Origin: an uncultured delta proteobacterium
GTDB taxonomy: Bacteria > Desulfobacterota > Binatia > UBA9968
Direction of reading: 5' to 3'
NCBI GenBank assembly: GCA_963745035.1
Contig: CAVUVW010000025.1
Coordinates: forward strand, 96,001-160,000
Length of the DNA: 64,000 nucleotides
Shown here: piece after piece, positions 63,717 through 64,000 of the stretch
Numbering within the stretch: position 1 is the stretch's first letter
How the letters are laid out: each line of letters starts with the position of its first letter
Translations under genes and position numbers: made by a program
The notes under the pieces: model-generated
Database searches by the model: none
The model's input: the letters and a program-made list of their open reading frames with translations, nothing else
Told to the model about the DNA's origin: nothing

Positions 63717-64000
63717 CTAAGGATCGTGATAATTAGTCTCGTTGTGCTGGATCGTGTTTACGAAAAATAGCGCGAGCGGCCGTCCGGCGATCTTCGCCAA
63801 ATTGAGCAGGCGAGCGACCGCTTCGCTTCTAGGAAAAACCGTTCGATAGCCCAAGCTCTCGTAGGCGCTTTTCTCGGGCAGGTTTCGCGCGTAGATGATC
63901 GCCGCGTGATCGCCGATCAGATTCGCGGCTAAACTTCGCGCCAGCGGCAGGCCCTGGCCCGCATTGTTGCCGAAAAGCACGTAATCGACCGCGCCGTCCA
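63717..64000 (-). CDS. C-terminal part of an unidentified protein running off the window
   Basis: Open frame reaching the window edge. No recognisable motif. Confidence 0.4.
   Translation of the reverse strand, partial: DGAVDYVLFGNNAGQGLPLARSLAANLIGDHAAIIYARNLPEKSAYESLGYRTVFPRSEAVARLLNLAKIAGRPLALFFVNTIQHNETNYHDP

Overview
A gene-dense bacterial chromosome segment, almost entirely on the minus strand. Gene content and order suggest a deltaproteobacteria-like lineage, possibly Ca. Binatia; this is an inference and was not tested. More than a dozen genes are split by single-base indels, which points to uncorrected long-read errors rather than pseudogenes. Five blocks are visible. (1) 1-15.8 kb is a cell-surface locus. 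Glycosyltransferases (GT2, GT8, GT2-GT2-GT4) are interleaved with three secreted proteins that carry different N-terminal cargo (PQQ sugar dehydrogenase, FN3 plus PTT linker, Glu-type subtilase plus Calx-beta) but share a tandem pair of Cys-containing C-terminal 'NISTR...GLVEVF' domains. One of them lies behind a sigma54 promoter, a c-di-GMP-I riboswitch and an RBS-sequestering hairpin. The protease is preceded by a lipoprotein that is a free-standing copy of its own prodomain. (2) 15.8-31 kb is housekeeping: argS-SPOR-trpDCFBA-folC-lptD, kptA and an ArnT-like gene. (3) 31-44.7 kb is a sigma54 nitrogen regulon: glnK-amtB-GATase-ANTAR pseudo-receiver; an ANTAR dual-hairpin/terminator leader; a small ORF; nirA fused to a Rieske domain, then nrtABCD and narB; and a porin. 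(4) 45.6-61.5 kb is an iron-uptake island (exbBD-tonB-hemP-TBDR-piuC-DUF3016-PepSY/flavodoxin, cytochrome c-FTR1, fbpABC). Three promoters of identical architecture carry a 16-bp DtxR/MntR-type box, a DtxR-family regulator gene lies nearby, and an unexplained leader terminator precedes a small Cys/His protein. (5) The window ends with USP and nitrilase-family genes. No rRNA, tRNA, CRISPR array or transposase was seen. All calls were made by eye from motifs; no database search was run.
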